Notes: generated by a model not told the origin, from the sequence alone. A stretch of DNA of 60,722 bases from Ministeria vibrans ATCC 50519 (GCA_943704425.1 CALSCP010000313.1:108249-168970); one strand, 5' to 3'; counted from the stretch's first letter, positions 14,001 to 25,379 are shown. Numbers and translations are program-made.

Positions 14001-17000
14001 ACCGTCGGCAAGACACATGAGCGAGTAGGAAGAGGGATCGCCGGCGATTCCTGTCACTGTGTGTCCCGCGTTGCACGACACAACAGCAGTGTCACCCACA
14101 AGGTAGGGTCCCGCCAGCACCGATGCGGAAGCAGCGTCCACGGTGGGAACAGCGCATGTGATGGCTTTGCACACGGGAGCCACAGAAAAGGTGCCGTTGG
14201 CGTAGCAGTCGAGAGTGAACTGCGTGGCGCCACCCGACACACCCAGGATAGACGTGCCCGACGCACAGTTGTAGGTGGCACCCGAACCGAACGAAACGGC
14301 ACCGGTCGAGACGGGCGAGGCGCTTTGGATGTTCGGCGGCACACCGCAGCTGACGGGCAGACACGCAGTGGCATCGTTGGACAGTTGTCCGGAAGATTCA
14401 CACGTGCGCACAAAGGAGGCAACGCCATTTGAAAGGCCAGTCGTTGTGTAGCCAGTGCGACACTCAATGGTGGCAGTGTCGCCAAAGAAAAGTGTTGTGG
14501 GTGCTTGCGTCACCGCATTGGGTGTTGTAGGCAGAGTTCCACAGCTGATCGCAGTGCAAGTGAGTGCAAGGTTGTTGGTCCACGACCACGACTCGCTGAG
14601 GCACGTGCGCGTGGCCGGTGAGGTAGCGCCACCGGACACAGCCTCGTAACCGACCTGACACGTGTAAGTGCATGATTCACCATGAGCTAACGGCCCCGTG
14701 AGCGGCGAGGTACAGGCACGCGTGGAAAAAGCAACGGCCGACGGAGACGTGGCGCACAGTGTGGTGACGCAGGCAAGGTCGACGTTGTCCCACGCGCCCG
14801 ACGAGGTACACGTGCGAGTGTTGCTTGCAGACGGCGGATCTTGCTTGAACCCGGTGTTGCACGAGTAGGTGCACGCATCGCCGACAATGTTGCCCTGGGT
14901 GCACGAGCGTGCCGAGTTGGTGATGGTGGGTGCAATACCACAGGAAATGGTTCCACACACGCGCGTGCCCGCGTACGCGCCCGTCTGGTCGCAGGTGACC
15001 GAAAAAGTGGTGGCGCTACCTGGCTGACCGTCAACGGTGGCGCCCCCATCGCAAGTGTAGAGGACGGTCTGGGAGAAGCGAAGCGACGCAGTCGAGGCTG
15101 GTGTGGAACCCGATAGGATTGGCAGAATGCCGCAGCTGATGGGCAGGCACGAGACAATACCGGTGAAGGTGCCTGAAGGACTACAGCCAATGTTGAACGA
15201 TGATTGTCCCGACGTCTCACCTGTGACGGTGTAGCCAGTGTCGCAATCAATGCGACGCTGCACGCCAAAGAGAAGCTCGCCAGAGCTCGATGTCGAAAAA
15301 TCAATGGAAGGGGGTGTGCCACACGAGACTTTCTGGCAGACATTGGAGGCGAGGTCAAGCTGGCCGGTGGCAAGACACGCCGCAGAGAAGGCACCGTTGG
15401 TCGACGAGCTCACTGGGGAGCCGTCTGTCGAGAAGCCCTCGTCGCAGCTGTAGGTGATGGAACCGCCCACAGTCGCGGTGATGGCGGAGGCGGTGGCATG
15501 TTGAACGACGCTGGCGGTGCACTCAATGGCAAGACAGGACATACCGAGGTTGTCAAACGAACCGGAGGCAAGGCACGAACGGATAAACTTAGAGTTGACT
15601 GTCGTGGCAGGTGCACGATCCGTGCTGTAGCCCGTGTCGCAAGCGTAGGTGACTGCACCGCCAAACGAAACGGTATTTGTTGACGAGAGAGTCGCATGCG
15701 CGATAGGCTGCGGTATACCACAGCTGACTGGCAGGCACTCTGCGTTCGCGGGTGTTGTCGCCGAGTAGAGACCCGTGTCGAGGCAAGTGCGCTCGTAGAA
15801 ACTTGAAGCAGCCGGGATGCCACCGACGGTGGCACCCGTTTTGCACGACAATTGAACAGTATCACCAAAGTTGACCGATGCGGTGGGGCCGCTTGTCCAC
15901 GTATCCTGCGCCGGTGGGGGGCACTTGATACGCACACACACGGTTTCAACATTGTCGTAGGTGGCCGACTCGAGACAGGCGCGGGTGAAGGTGAAAATGC
16001 CACCCGCGGCCGCGGACAAACCGTTCGTGGAGTAGCCGGTGTTGCAGGTGTAGCTGGCTGCGTGTGCGTTTGAGGTGGGGTCAGCGTTGTACTGGCTAGC
16101 CGTCGACGTGATGGTCGCATCACTCACACTTGGTGGAGTGGGACATGTGACGAGGGAGCAGCCGGGAGCAAATGAAGTGCCGTCAAAAGTCGCGGCGGTG
16201 GTACAGGTGCGTGTGAATGTCTTTTGAGCACTCGAGCCGACCGGTGAGCCGTCAAGCGAGTATCCTGTACGACAGGTGTAGACGGCGGGAAATGGAGGCA
16301 AGTAATACCGAATGGAGGAGGGCTGGGACGCGTCGGCATTGGTCATGGTGGGAGGCACGCCGCAGCTGATGGCGTTGCACGAGAGCACGTTGGTGAAGAG
16401 ACCCGTGCTGGAGCACTGTGCGACAAAGTTATCGTTGGCCGACGTGAGCGCACCAGCGTCAGTAGTGTAGCCCGGTGTACACTTGTAGCTTGGTTGTGCC
16501 GCATCCAGTGCCGTGATAATGTCTGCCTCGAGAACGGTGCCGAGTGTTGCTTTGCTGATGACAGGAGCGACGCCACACGCGACGGGCACGCACGAGCCCG
16601 GTGTTGACCATGAGCCCGTACCCAGGCACGTGATAGTAAACTGCGTGGTGCCACCGACTTGGGTGCCCTTGCCTGTCGTGCTGTAGTTGTCGCTGCACGT
16701 GTAGGTGGCGACATCCTCGTAGACACCCGTGGTAAGACTGCGAGACGCGTGCGAGATGACTGGCGTTGAGCCACACGAGAGACGCGTCTTGCAGTTTGTC
16801 GACGGGGTGATATAGCCCGAGCGACAAACTTTGGCGCCCGTTGCGGAATTGCAGGTGTAGTGACCTTGAGCGTCCGAGTCTTGGGCGATGCACTGAAAGG
16901 TGCAGCCGCTAAAGGGATCGTTAGTGGGGTACCAGTTGGTGGCGCACACACGATAGCCATTGCTCGTATCGCACGTGTACGCGTTGTTGCTGGGCACGAC

Positions 17001-18017
17001 ACAGTAGCGACACTGGCTACCGTAGGCGTTGGCGTAGCAGTCAGCGCCAAGGTAGGCGGTGACCTGTCGAATCCCATCAACACTGCCTCGGTTGATGGTC
17101 GCTAAGAGCCAATTGGGGTCGTTGGCGGTCGTCGCTTTGCTTGAGTAGACCCTATGTGTATATGGCGACATGGATTGGGAGAGAAAAGGGGAGTATTGGC
17201 GGTGAGAAGGCGCTTAGAAGACGCTAAAAAACAGAACGAAAAAAAATATTTTTACGTTCCCATGTTGTCTGCGCCTGTGAGGAGATCCTCGTCCTTGCAG
17301 TTGACATAGTAGAATACACTGCCACCGTAGACACCTGTGTACGACTTGGATGCCATCACGGTGCCAAAGGTCCAGCTGAAGCGGAGGAGAGAGTGAGTGA
17401 GTGAGTGAGTGAGAGAGAGAGAAAGGAAAGAGACAAAGACAAAGAAGTGATGATGAGAAGGAAAAGCGAACCACACACGAAGGAGAGGGAAAGGATGCAG
17501 ACGCAGGCATGGTAGCGTGACTCACACGCAGTCAGGTGCGCTAGGAAGCGGAAGCGGGGCGCGCGGGAGCAGGCGTGTGCGCCACAGTGAAACAATGGGT
17601 TTTGTGGGTTTTTCGTTCTCTTTTTTTTCTGCTTTTTTTTTTTTTGTCTTTCTTCTTTTTGTGTCTCGATAGACTTTTCTTGGCGGCAGTTTGCCAAGGC
17701 CAATAGGGAACATGCACGGCGAGGGTGGGGGNNNNNNNNNNGGGGGGGGGTGGCGAGGAGGCGGGCCAGTCGGGAGCGGGCAGGACGTACGTCGCGGTGT
17801 TTTGGTCGCTGACTTCGTTCGAGTAGCCGCTGACAGCGTAATTGGACGTTGTCGATGACACGGCGATTCGGCACCGCATATCGCAGTCTTCGCTAAACAG
17901 GCCGTGGTAGCATTTGCCGGTGACGCTGGTGAGAACCGACCGCAAGAGGTAGGTATTCTGCGCATCTGCTGTGTGTAAGGCGCACAACGCCATCATCATG
18001 AGAAGCCACACGCGCAT
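5025..18017 (-). CDS. Giant type I membrane protein (~4157 aa): signal peptide, C2/MNNL-like, 2 DSL-like, ~35 Sushi/CCP, 2 EGF, IPT-like, REJ, GAIN/GPS-like, one TM, Tyr-rich tail; exons 18017-17791, 17375-17256, 17151-5025
   Basis: Signal MRVWLLMMMALCALHTADA; repeated CGxPP...YTCxxGY...CxxxGxF...C Sushi units; DVDECQTANGGCAQVCTNT cbEGF; REJ-type YQWS/FAWTC and GWIDSPDNAPLSFSFGF; GPS-like CVRWSPSSGSWTPSG; TM IIAAIVAVAVVILLIVLVVLW followed by RRRR. Exon lengths sum to 12474 nt in frame. Confidence 0.9.
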
Positions 18018-18227
18018 CTTTGAGTGTCACGAGACAAGGCACGGCTACGTGAATGGTCCCGCACAGAAAAGAGCGACGATGATAATAAAATTGTGTGTAA
18101 TAAATTTAAAATTACGTCTTATTTATATTTTATGTCACCGATAAGATAATGAATAGTGAATAATCAGAATTTTTATTATTTAATTCCTATAGAGTCTGTA
18201 TCACGCGGGACGGCGCGGCGCTGCTTC

Positions 18228-21200
18228 ATGGCCTTTTTGAGCAAGCAGGGCGAAGAAGACACCGTTGCCATGGAGCCGCTTCGGCGCGCGACACACACTA
18301 AAATGTTTCAAACGAGTGTTGCCTCTCCTGTGCGCCGTCGAACCATCGCAACCGTACCACAGGCGGCGTCGGAAGTTGAAGCGACCACAGTGAACATTGT
18401 TTCCTCCCCAACCATGGCAAAAATTGTCGAAGAGAAGGCGAGCGCGACAGAAACGTTGCCGACACGAACGCGACGCAAATGTCGCCTTTCCCTTGTGTCC
18501 TCCATCCTTCTCCTGCTGATCATTGTGCAGCTGCTGAGCTTGTGCATTGTTGCTGGCGTCTGGTACTCGCAGTACCTCGAGACTACCGACGTAAGAGTGG
18601 AACGTACCTATTCATTTTTGTTGAAACACAATGCTCTGCTTCACTCGTTAGAGCCTGCAATTGGGGCTGTTGCAGTCGTCGGCTGCTGCTATTTCCGTGT
18701 ATCTTGCGTCAGAGCTGGGTCGTTTTGACTCGTCTATTCTCACGGTGACAACGCTCGTCAACAATGGTATCCTGGAAGATGCCCTTCTGTACAGGGGACA
18801 GTTGACGTGCAAGAGTTTCTCGTGGAACGCCTCGGTGTACAGCGAGGAAGAGGTTGTCCAGCGGACGCTTAGCGGCTTCTCCAATGGCACTACCCTTGGC
18901 GATGCAATGCGTTCCCAATTTCGCATCTTGAGCTCCCTCTACTCGAGCGAATTCTCCGACACAGTGGTAACGCATTTAATTTTTTGTTGTTGCTTTTTTG
19001 TTTTTGTTTTGTGTGTTTCCACCGAGGACAGCGCTCTATTCTCTACGTAGTGTTTTTTTTATTTTTTTTTTGTATTTTCTTGTAGAATCCTTTTTTGTTT
19101 AATTCCTTTGGGCAGTTTGATGGCGGTACACTGCTGACGGTGCAACAGGCGGCAGTGCTGACGCGCGACAATGCACTGACGTCCACCTATCTGCAAAGCG
19201 CCGATTGCGAGGCAAACCCCGGGACGTTTACGTGTAGTCCTCGGCCGCCACAGTCGAACCAGCCGCAGCCTTATGATCGGTCTATTGTGAACACCTATGG
19301 CGTCCTTGATGTTGCATCACTCGACGACCCGGGCGCGTGGAACCGTGTAACCTATGAGCTGGGCAATGCCAGTCGGCTGTACCATGGGTTTGCAGCGACG
19401 CAGATTGTGGCACAATGGACTCCCGTGGATTGGTTGAGCACTTCTCCAGACGCTCCTGCTTGCCCCACTTTGACATGCCCATTCGACCTGAGTGGCCTGA
19501 ACATTGACAACCCCAGCGAACTGTACGACTTCCCTGCGTGTTTGCGAGGCGAAATGGCATCGATGCAGTCCACGGCACCTCTTGCCCCTGAGATTGTCTC
19601 TTTGCTTAAGAACCAGCCTCAGCGCAACGTTTCTACCGCCGTATATGTTCGCAACGGCCTCACCGATCCCTATTCCATCGGTACTGCCTGTGTTGTTTTT
19701 TTTTTGGTTATTTTTGTTTTTTTTGTTTTTTTTTTGTTTTCTTTTTTTTTGCATACTTTCTTTATTTTTTTTTGTTTTGTCTTTTTTTTCTTACACCTCT
19801 ATCACTTTGGTTTTTTTTCTTCCTACATCATCTCTTTTGTGTGTACATAGCGATTGTTGGACCGTCTTACAATGGAACGGGGTTCTTTGGAGTCTCATTG
19901 AGTTTGCGCGCAATAGAAACTGATGTGTACGAGCGAATGCTTCTTCAGTCTCAGACATTGCTGGTTATCCAATCCGATCGCTGTGCTCTTCCCGCCAGTC
20001 AGTCCTATATTTTAGTTGCAGTAACGTCAAATAATTAGTCGTACCGACGTCGGACAGTAATAATTAACTTTTTTTTTTCTCTGCGTGTGTGTTTGTGTGT
20101 GCCGCAGCAACAAGAGAGCGGGTGCGGGACACGACTGGACTGCATTGTGTCGCATGCAGTTGCGCCTAGTGTGCTGACGGCAGAACAGAGTCAGCTAGTC
20201 GAGTTTGTCTGTGAGCAGTTTGAAGCGAGCGAGTCGAGTGCCTTTAATGGAATGTGGATCAAGTCGAACAATTACATCGTGGCTACCAATGTACTTGGCA
20301 TGGACATCACCGACCGCATTGTTGTGCTCTTGACGCCCCGTGATGCTGCACAGTCCAGCGTTGAGACTGGCACGATTCGCGTATGTCTCTTTTATGGAAG
20401 AATGTTGAAGTGATTGTTTGTTTTTGTTTTTGTTTTTGACTTAGGCTGCCGGTGCGAGTCTCTCTCTTGTGGTGCTCATGGTTTTTATCTGTTTGCTTAT
20501 TGCCACATGGCTTGCCCGCAGGTTTAAAAAGATGCAGGTCAGTCAAATGCTTTCTCTTCTCGTCCCTTTGATATATAGTTAATTTCGTGTGTGCCACTGT
20601 GATATATTGTTGAAATTAACTTTATGGTTTCGTTTTTGTAGTCTCGCATGCGCAATATGGTGGAACGCATTGATGACGACAAGTTTGACGAATCAGCAGA
20701 AGACGAGGCACTCTTAGGAGGAGTACGATGAAAAACACAACACAAAATTTGTGGTTGTGCTATTTTTGACTCTTTTTGTACTCTGTTTGATAGTTTGGTC
20801 AACTGGCAATGCTGCGGATGATGTGGAAGCGACAGAGCCAGGACACACGTCTTCTTGTATATATATATATTATATCTCTTTATCACTTTGTTTCCCCTCT
20901 CTCTATCACTTTGTTTCTTGCTTCTCTCTTTTTCAATTTGTTCTTTCCCCTCTCTCTATCACTTTGTTTCTTTCCCCCTCCTCTCTCCTCTCTCTATCTA
21001 TTTCGCAAACCCCTTTGTTTTGTATGCGCGTCCCACCTAACTCTCTTTGCTTTCTGTTTTGCATTCTAGGCGATTGCGAATAAGCTGCGTGCTCAGTTTT
21101 ATCGCAGAAGGTCAGTTTGTTTTGCAGTTTGACTTTTTTCTTTTGTAATTCATTATTATTGTTCTGAATCGATTTTCCTTCTTTGTAGGTTTCTTGACAC

Positions 21201-23634
21201 CCGCGCTGCGCTGAATTCCGCTGTGACTGTACCCTGGCGACTTCCGTACGATGCACAATGCACATCCGGCAACTTTCTTATTGTTATTCCCCTCTTCAGG
21301 TACAAACCCGTGAGTGTGTACGTGGGCACATGGAACGTGGGGAATGCGGCTCCCTCGGCCGATCTGCGCGAGTGGATTCACGGCGATCATGACCTCTTTG
21401 TCTTTGGTCTTCAAGAATGCGTCTTTGGCAAGGGCAAGGTATTATTTTCCCTCTCCATCCACACACCCACGCGCAGCATAATTACATAATAGTCATTATT
21501 TCTTATTTTATTCATCATTATATAATATCGTTGTTCTCATATGCGAGTAGGAAGCGAGCAAGTCTGGTGAAAAGTTTGCCACACAAGTCCAGAAGCTTCT
21601 TGGTCCAGGTACTGCTGCTTCCCATCACTCAAGGAAGAATCACAACAAACTTTTTTTTTTTTTCATTTGCGTGTGATAGATTACATTCGTGTGTCACTTG
21701 TGTCGATTTTGCCGAGCAACGCTGAACGATTGATTGACGGCGCAACGAAAATGAGCGGATTGCGTGTGCTTGTGATGGCACGACGTGAACACGCGCTTTT
21801 CATTGACAATGTGAGTGTGGGGCGCGAAGGGACTGGAATTGCTCATATGGGATGGAACAAAGGTACACACACACACACACACAGCAAAAAAAAAAGCGTT
21901 TGCTGATTGTTGTTGCGGGAACAGGCGGAGTGGGTGTCTCGCTCTCTTTCTATGGACGTTCCTTCCTGTTTGTCAATGCCCATCTCGCAGCCCATCAGGT
22001 ACAATACATTGAGCGATGGATAAATGTACGAATAGCTGAATTGTGATGCACAGGGGAAACTGTCTGAGCGGAAGGACAACATTACTGAGATTCTGACGGG
22101 ACTCAATGCCAAACTGACTCCCTCCGACACTCTCACCTCTGCCTACGATTACTTCTTCTTTTTTGGCGTACGCTCGAAACTATCATTGCACGACTAACAC
22201 ACAGCTTGTTTTTTCGTCTTTTTTAGGACCTTAACTTCCGAGTGGTACCTGCGAATTGCTTTATTCCGTGTTTCTTCTGACGCTGTTTGTTTGTGTGTGT
22301 GTGTTTTTTTTTTTTTTTTTTTTGTAGGATTTGCCTCGAGAGGAAGTACTTTCGCTGATAGAGTCAAAAGAAGAAACGGGAATCACTCGACTGCTTGAAC
22401 ACGATCAGCTGAACATTGCCCGAAAATCGGCCTTTGCGCTTGCCGACTTTGACGAAGCCCCTATTACTTTTATGCCCACGTTCAAAATGGAGCGTCAGCG
22501 CCACCAGGTTTACGAAAGCAAAGTGAAGCGTGTACCCAGCTATTGCGACCGTGTGTTGCTTAAGCGCGCTCCACATCTGCCCGTGCGCTGCCTCGAGTAC
22601 GCCAGTGCGCCTCACATCCTTTCGTCCGATCATCGTCCCGTCTTTGCCACCTTCCTTCTTGACCTGCCGCTTCACTATGCGCCTCCTCGCCCGACCGAAT
22701 CATGTACCATTTCCATCGAGTCACTTCGTATCACCACAGTAAGACTGTGACTATCTTCTGATCGAAACACACACCTGATCGACCCTTTCTTTAGATTTTT
22801 GCTCCAGAAAAACCCAACTCAACAACGGCAGGAAAATTTCATGTGGGTGTCTCTGGTCACTGGGTACGTCAAAGGGCATTAATAACAATACGAATTTTCA
22901 ATTTACAATAATATTTTTTCTTTTTTTTTTCTTTTCATCAGTTCCAACCCACTGAGCTGTTGGCGTGCGAAGGAACCGAACATGTTCTGTTGTGTCCGCC
23001 TCTCTCTGTGCGTCCTGTCTTCTCTGATCGTCGATGGCTACGCGAACAGAGTTTGGTGATGTCGCTGACGCGCGAGAAGACTGCGTCTAAGCGCGATCAC
23101 TTTCAGGGCCGCCTTAGTCTTGGGCCGCTCTTTGATGCGCTTGCGTCGGCCGTCGCCACCGACTCTGCTGGTCTTGTGAGTGGCGTTCCGTTTGAATTGA
23201 CTCTGAGTCGTCATTCGCCACGCCGTTACCTTGCCAAGGGCATTATGCGCATTTCCATTTCGCCTTTGATTGCAACAACAGCAGTGCCGATCGAGTCGAA
23301 GGATGCTGACAGTGGCAGTGCCGACGAACACACCAACGCCGCCGCTACTGCTGCTGCTGCCGCCTTTACTGTTGCGAGCCGACGCAACAGCGATGCGACT
23401 GGCTACGGACCGGACGAACTTGCAGACTCACTTGAGTTTTCTGGGATGATTGACAGTGACCATTTCCGTGCGGCCCATCGCGAGTCTTCTTCCACACTTG
23501 CGTTTTCTGGGATGATTGACAGTGACTATTTCCGTGTGGCGCATCGCGAGTCTTCTTTCGCCTCCAACTCGGACACGGACACCAGCAGCATCACTGAGAA
23601 CAGCACGACTTTTGAATCAGAGTCCATTGTATGA
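18228..23634 (+). CDS. Receptor-type inositol polyphosphate 5-phosphatase (~1269 aa, 19 exons): TM1, Cache-like ectodomain, TM2, HAMP-like, 5-phosphatase, SHIP-type C2
   Basis: Exons 18228-18590, 18652-18966, 19086-19680, 19851-20020, 20108-20380, 20445-20537, 20642-20722, 20794-20856, 21070-21110, 21189-21245, 21300-21438, 21551-21608, 21680-21862, 21925-21998, 22054-22167, 22227-22244, 22328-22738, 22795-22863, 22942-23634. All introns GT-AG, phase-compatible, 3810 nt with no internal stop. Catalytic motifs GTWNVG, FGLQE, NKGGV, HLAAH, FGDLNFR, PSYCDRVL, SDHRPV. The phosphatase call is near certain; the single-gene fusion is a manual model. Confidence 0.82.
23429..23557 (+). repeat. 66-bp tandem duplication in the phosphatase C-terminal tail
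   Basis: Two near-identical copies starting at 23429 and 23495 encode LEFSGMIDSDHFRAAHRESS and LAFSGMIDSDYFRVAHRESS. Confidence 0.9.
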
Positions 23635-23684
23635 TTTGTGTACATGCACACATATTTTTATACTATTGTACACTCATGTTACTT

Positions 23685-25379
23685 TCACTCCATCCACTCG
23701 TATGCCATGGCCGCACTGGACTTCATGTTAAGCACAGCATGCCCCCACGTACGAGGGACAAAGACCACATCACCGGGCTCCTGAATGAACTCTAGCAGAG
23801 TCGCAGAATGCCGCTGCTTTTCTCCCATCCATTCTTGAATGTGAAGGGAACTGAAGTGAGCGTATTCGGGCGGTGTCAGGAACCAACGCTTGCGTCCAAA
23901 AACAAGGCCGTTAAGAGCGTGACCATGAAAATGAGGTGGTGCGCCGCTACCGGCGGGTCCTAACATGAACTGAGTCAGAACCGGCCGGTCGTGCTGGAGG
24001 GATGCTGGCAAGGGCGCGTCAAGTGCCATCTGGCGTGCCAGTGGTCCCGCGTCAAAAATGTACCGCGGCAGTGTCTGCGCGTCCGTTGCTTGTTTGTCGC
24101 GCGGAATCATTTCATCGCGAATAAACTCATGCAAGGGACAACGATGCGATGGTCGCCCATACAGCGACGCATACGGAATGCCGCCAACCTTCACATGCTT
24201 CGAACCGTGTTCCCGAATTAGATTGCTGGGCGTCCAACGACCGGTGGCAGGCCAATGCTTTGCCACGCCGCGCATGAGAAGTGGGCGTCCGACAATGACG
24301 TAGTCGCGCGTAAAGACGCTTGCTGACGGAAGATGATTTAAAGTGGCGATATTGAAAGAGTTGGACTCGTCGTCGTCGACGACGGTTGAGGGTGAAAGTG
24401 TTCTTGCAAGAGTGCTGTGAAAACTGCTGCGCGCACACATTTGTGGAGTGCGTGCATTCATGTCGACACTCTTGAGTTGATTTAGCCAATTGGCTGCGTT
24501 TCCTGCAAGCCGCTTCAAGACTGCGACACACTCCGCAAATCCATAGGCGGACGCCAAGTGCAAGGGTGTCTGTTGATACGCGTCGCGATGCCACAGACAG
24601 CCCTTGTCGCGCGCCATTGTTCCCACTCTTTCGCACGCTACAACATGACCGCTGCCACATGCTAAATGAGCGGGTGTTCGACCGTGGCGATCGGTGGTAC
24701 ACACATTAGCACCAAGTCGAAGAAGTATCTCGAGATCTTGGGTACCGGTGTGCCTCACAACATCAGAATACACGATGGACGATCGTTTGCTCGCAGGCAT
24801 ATCCATCGAAGTGAGATCAAGCGTTTTCCGATGTGTTTCGACGAGGTCAAGTGCATTGAGAAAGACGCGAGCAAGTCCACTCGCCTTCGCTTCCGCCACG
24901 GTGTGCAACGCGGTTGCATTGTGCGTGTCTCGCAGGTTCACGCAGTGTAGCTCCTCCGTCGACATGTCCGGTCCAAACCGGCTCTCCAAAGCCTTAAGAG
25001 CGGGAACAAGTCGATAGTGGGCTGCCAGATACAACGGACACGCAGCCAAGAGTGCTTCTGCGTCGGTGTGCTGCAGCAGCAACGCAAACGTCTCCTCGCA
25101 CCGTTGCAGTCTCAGTGCATCTCGAACCATTGCAACTCCGTGCCACTTGTCCAACACTGTATTCAGGGCATATGTCCCTGGCGCACGCTGGGCGTTTGCC
25201 AGGCCAGGCGACGCGTCAATCGACGATTGTAGCGAGTCAACATCGCACCGCTCGATCGCTCTCCAAAACTCGCCATTGGCACTATCGCTTTGTGAAGAAG
25301 ATACCGCTACCAACGAGGGCCACCATTTAATGAAAAGAATACTCGCCACACCCACCAGAGTGGCGGTGAGCAGTTTCAT
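23685..25379 (-). CDS. Signal/anchor + ankyrin repeats + JmjC (JMJD8-like) protein, intronless, 564 aa
   Basis: Hydrophobic N-terminus; ankyrin motifs GRTPAHLAC, QQTPLHLASAYG; JmjC GPAGSGAPPHFH...GRKRWFL...QEPGDVVFVPRTWGHAVLN. Confidence 0.88.
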   Translation of the reverse strand: MKLLTATLVGVASILFIKWWPSLVAVSSSQSDSANGEFWRAIERCDVDSLQSSIDASPGLANAQRAPGTYALNTVLDKWHGVAMVRDALRLQRCEETFALLLQHTDAEALLAACPLYLAAHYRLVPALKALESRFGPDMSTEELHCVNLRDTHNATALHTVAEAKASGLARVFLNALDLVETHRKTLDLTSMDMPASKRSSIVYSDVVRHTGTQDLEILLRLGANVCTTDRHGRTPAHLACGSGHVVACERVGTMARDKGCLWHRDAYQQTPLHLASAYGFAECVAVLKRLAGNAANWLNQLKSVDMNARTPQMCARSSFHSTLARTLSPSTVVDDDESNSFNIATLNHLPSASVFTRDYVIVGRPLLMRGVAKHWPATGRWTPSNLIREHGSKHVKVGGIPYASLYGRPSHRCPLHEFIRDEMIPRDKQATDAQTLPRYIFDAGPLARQMALDAPLPASLQHDRPVLTQFMLGPAGSGAPPHFHGHALNGLVFGRKRWFLTPPEYAHFSSLHIQEWMGEKQRHSATLLEFIQEPGDVVFVPRTWGHAVLNMKSSAAMAYEWME

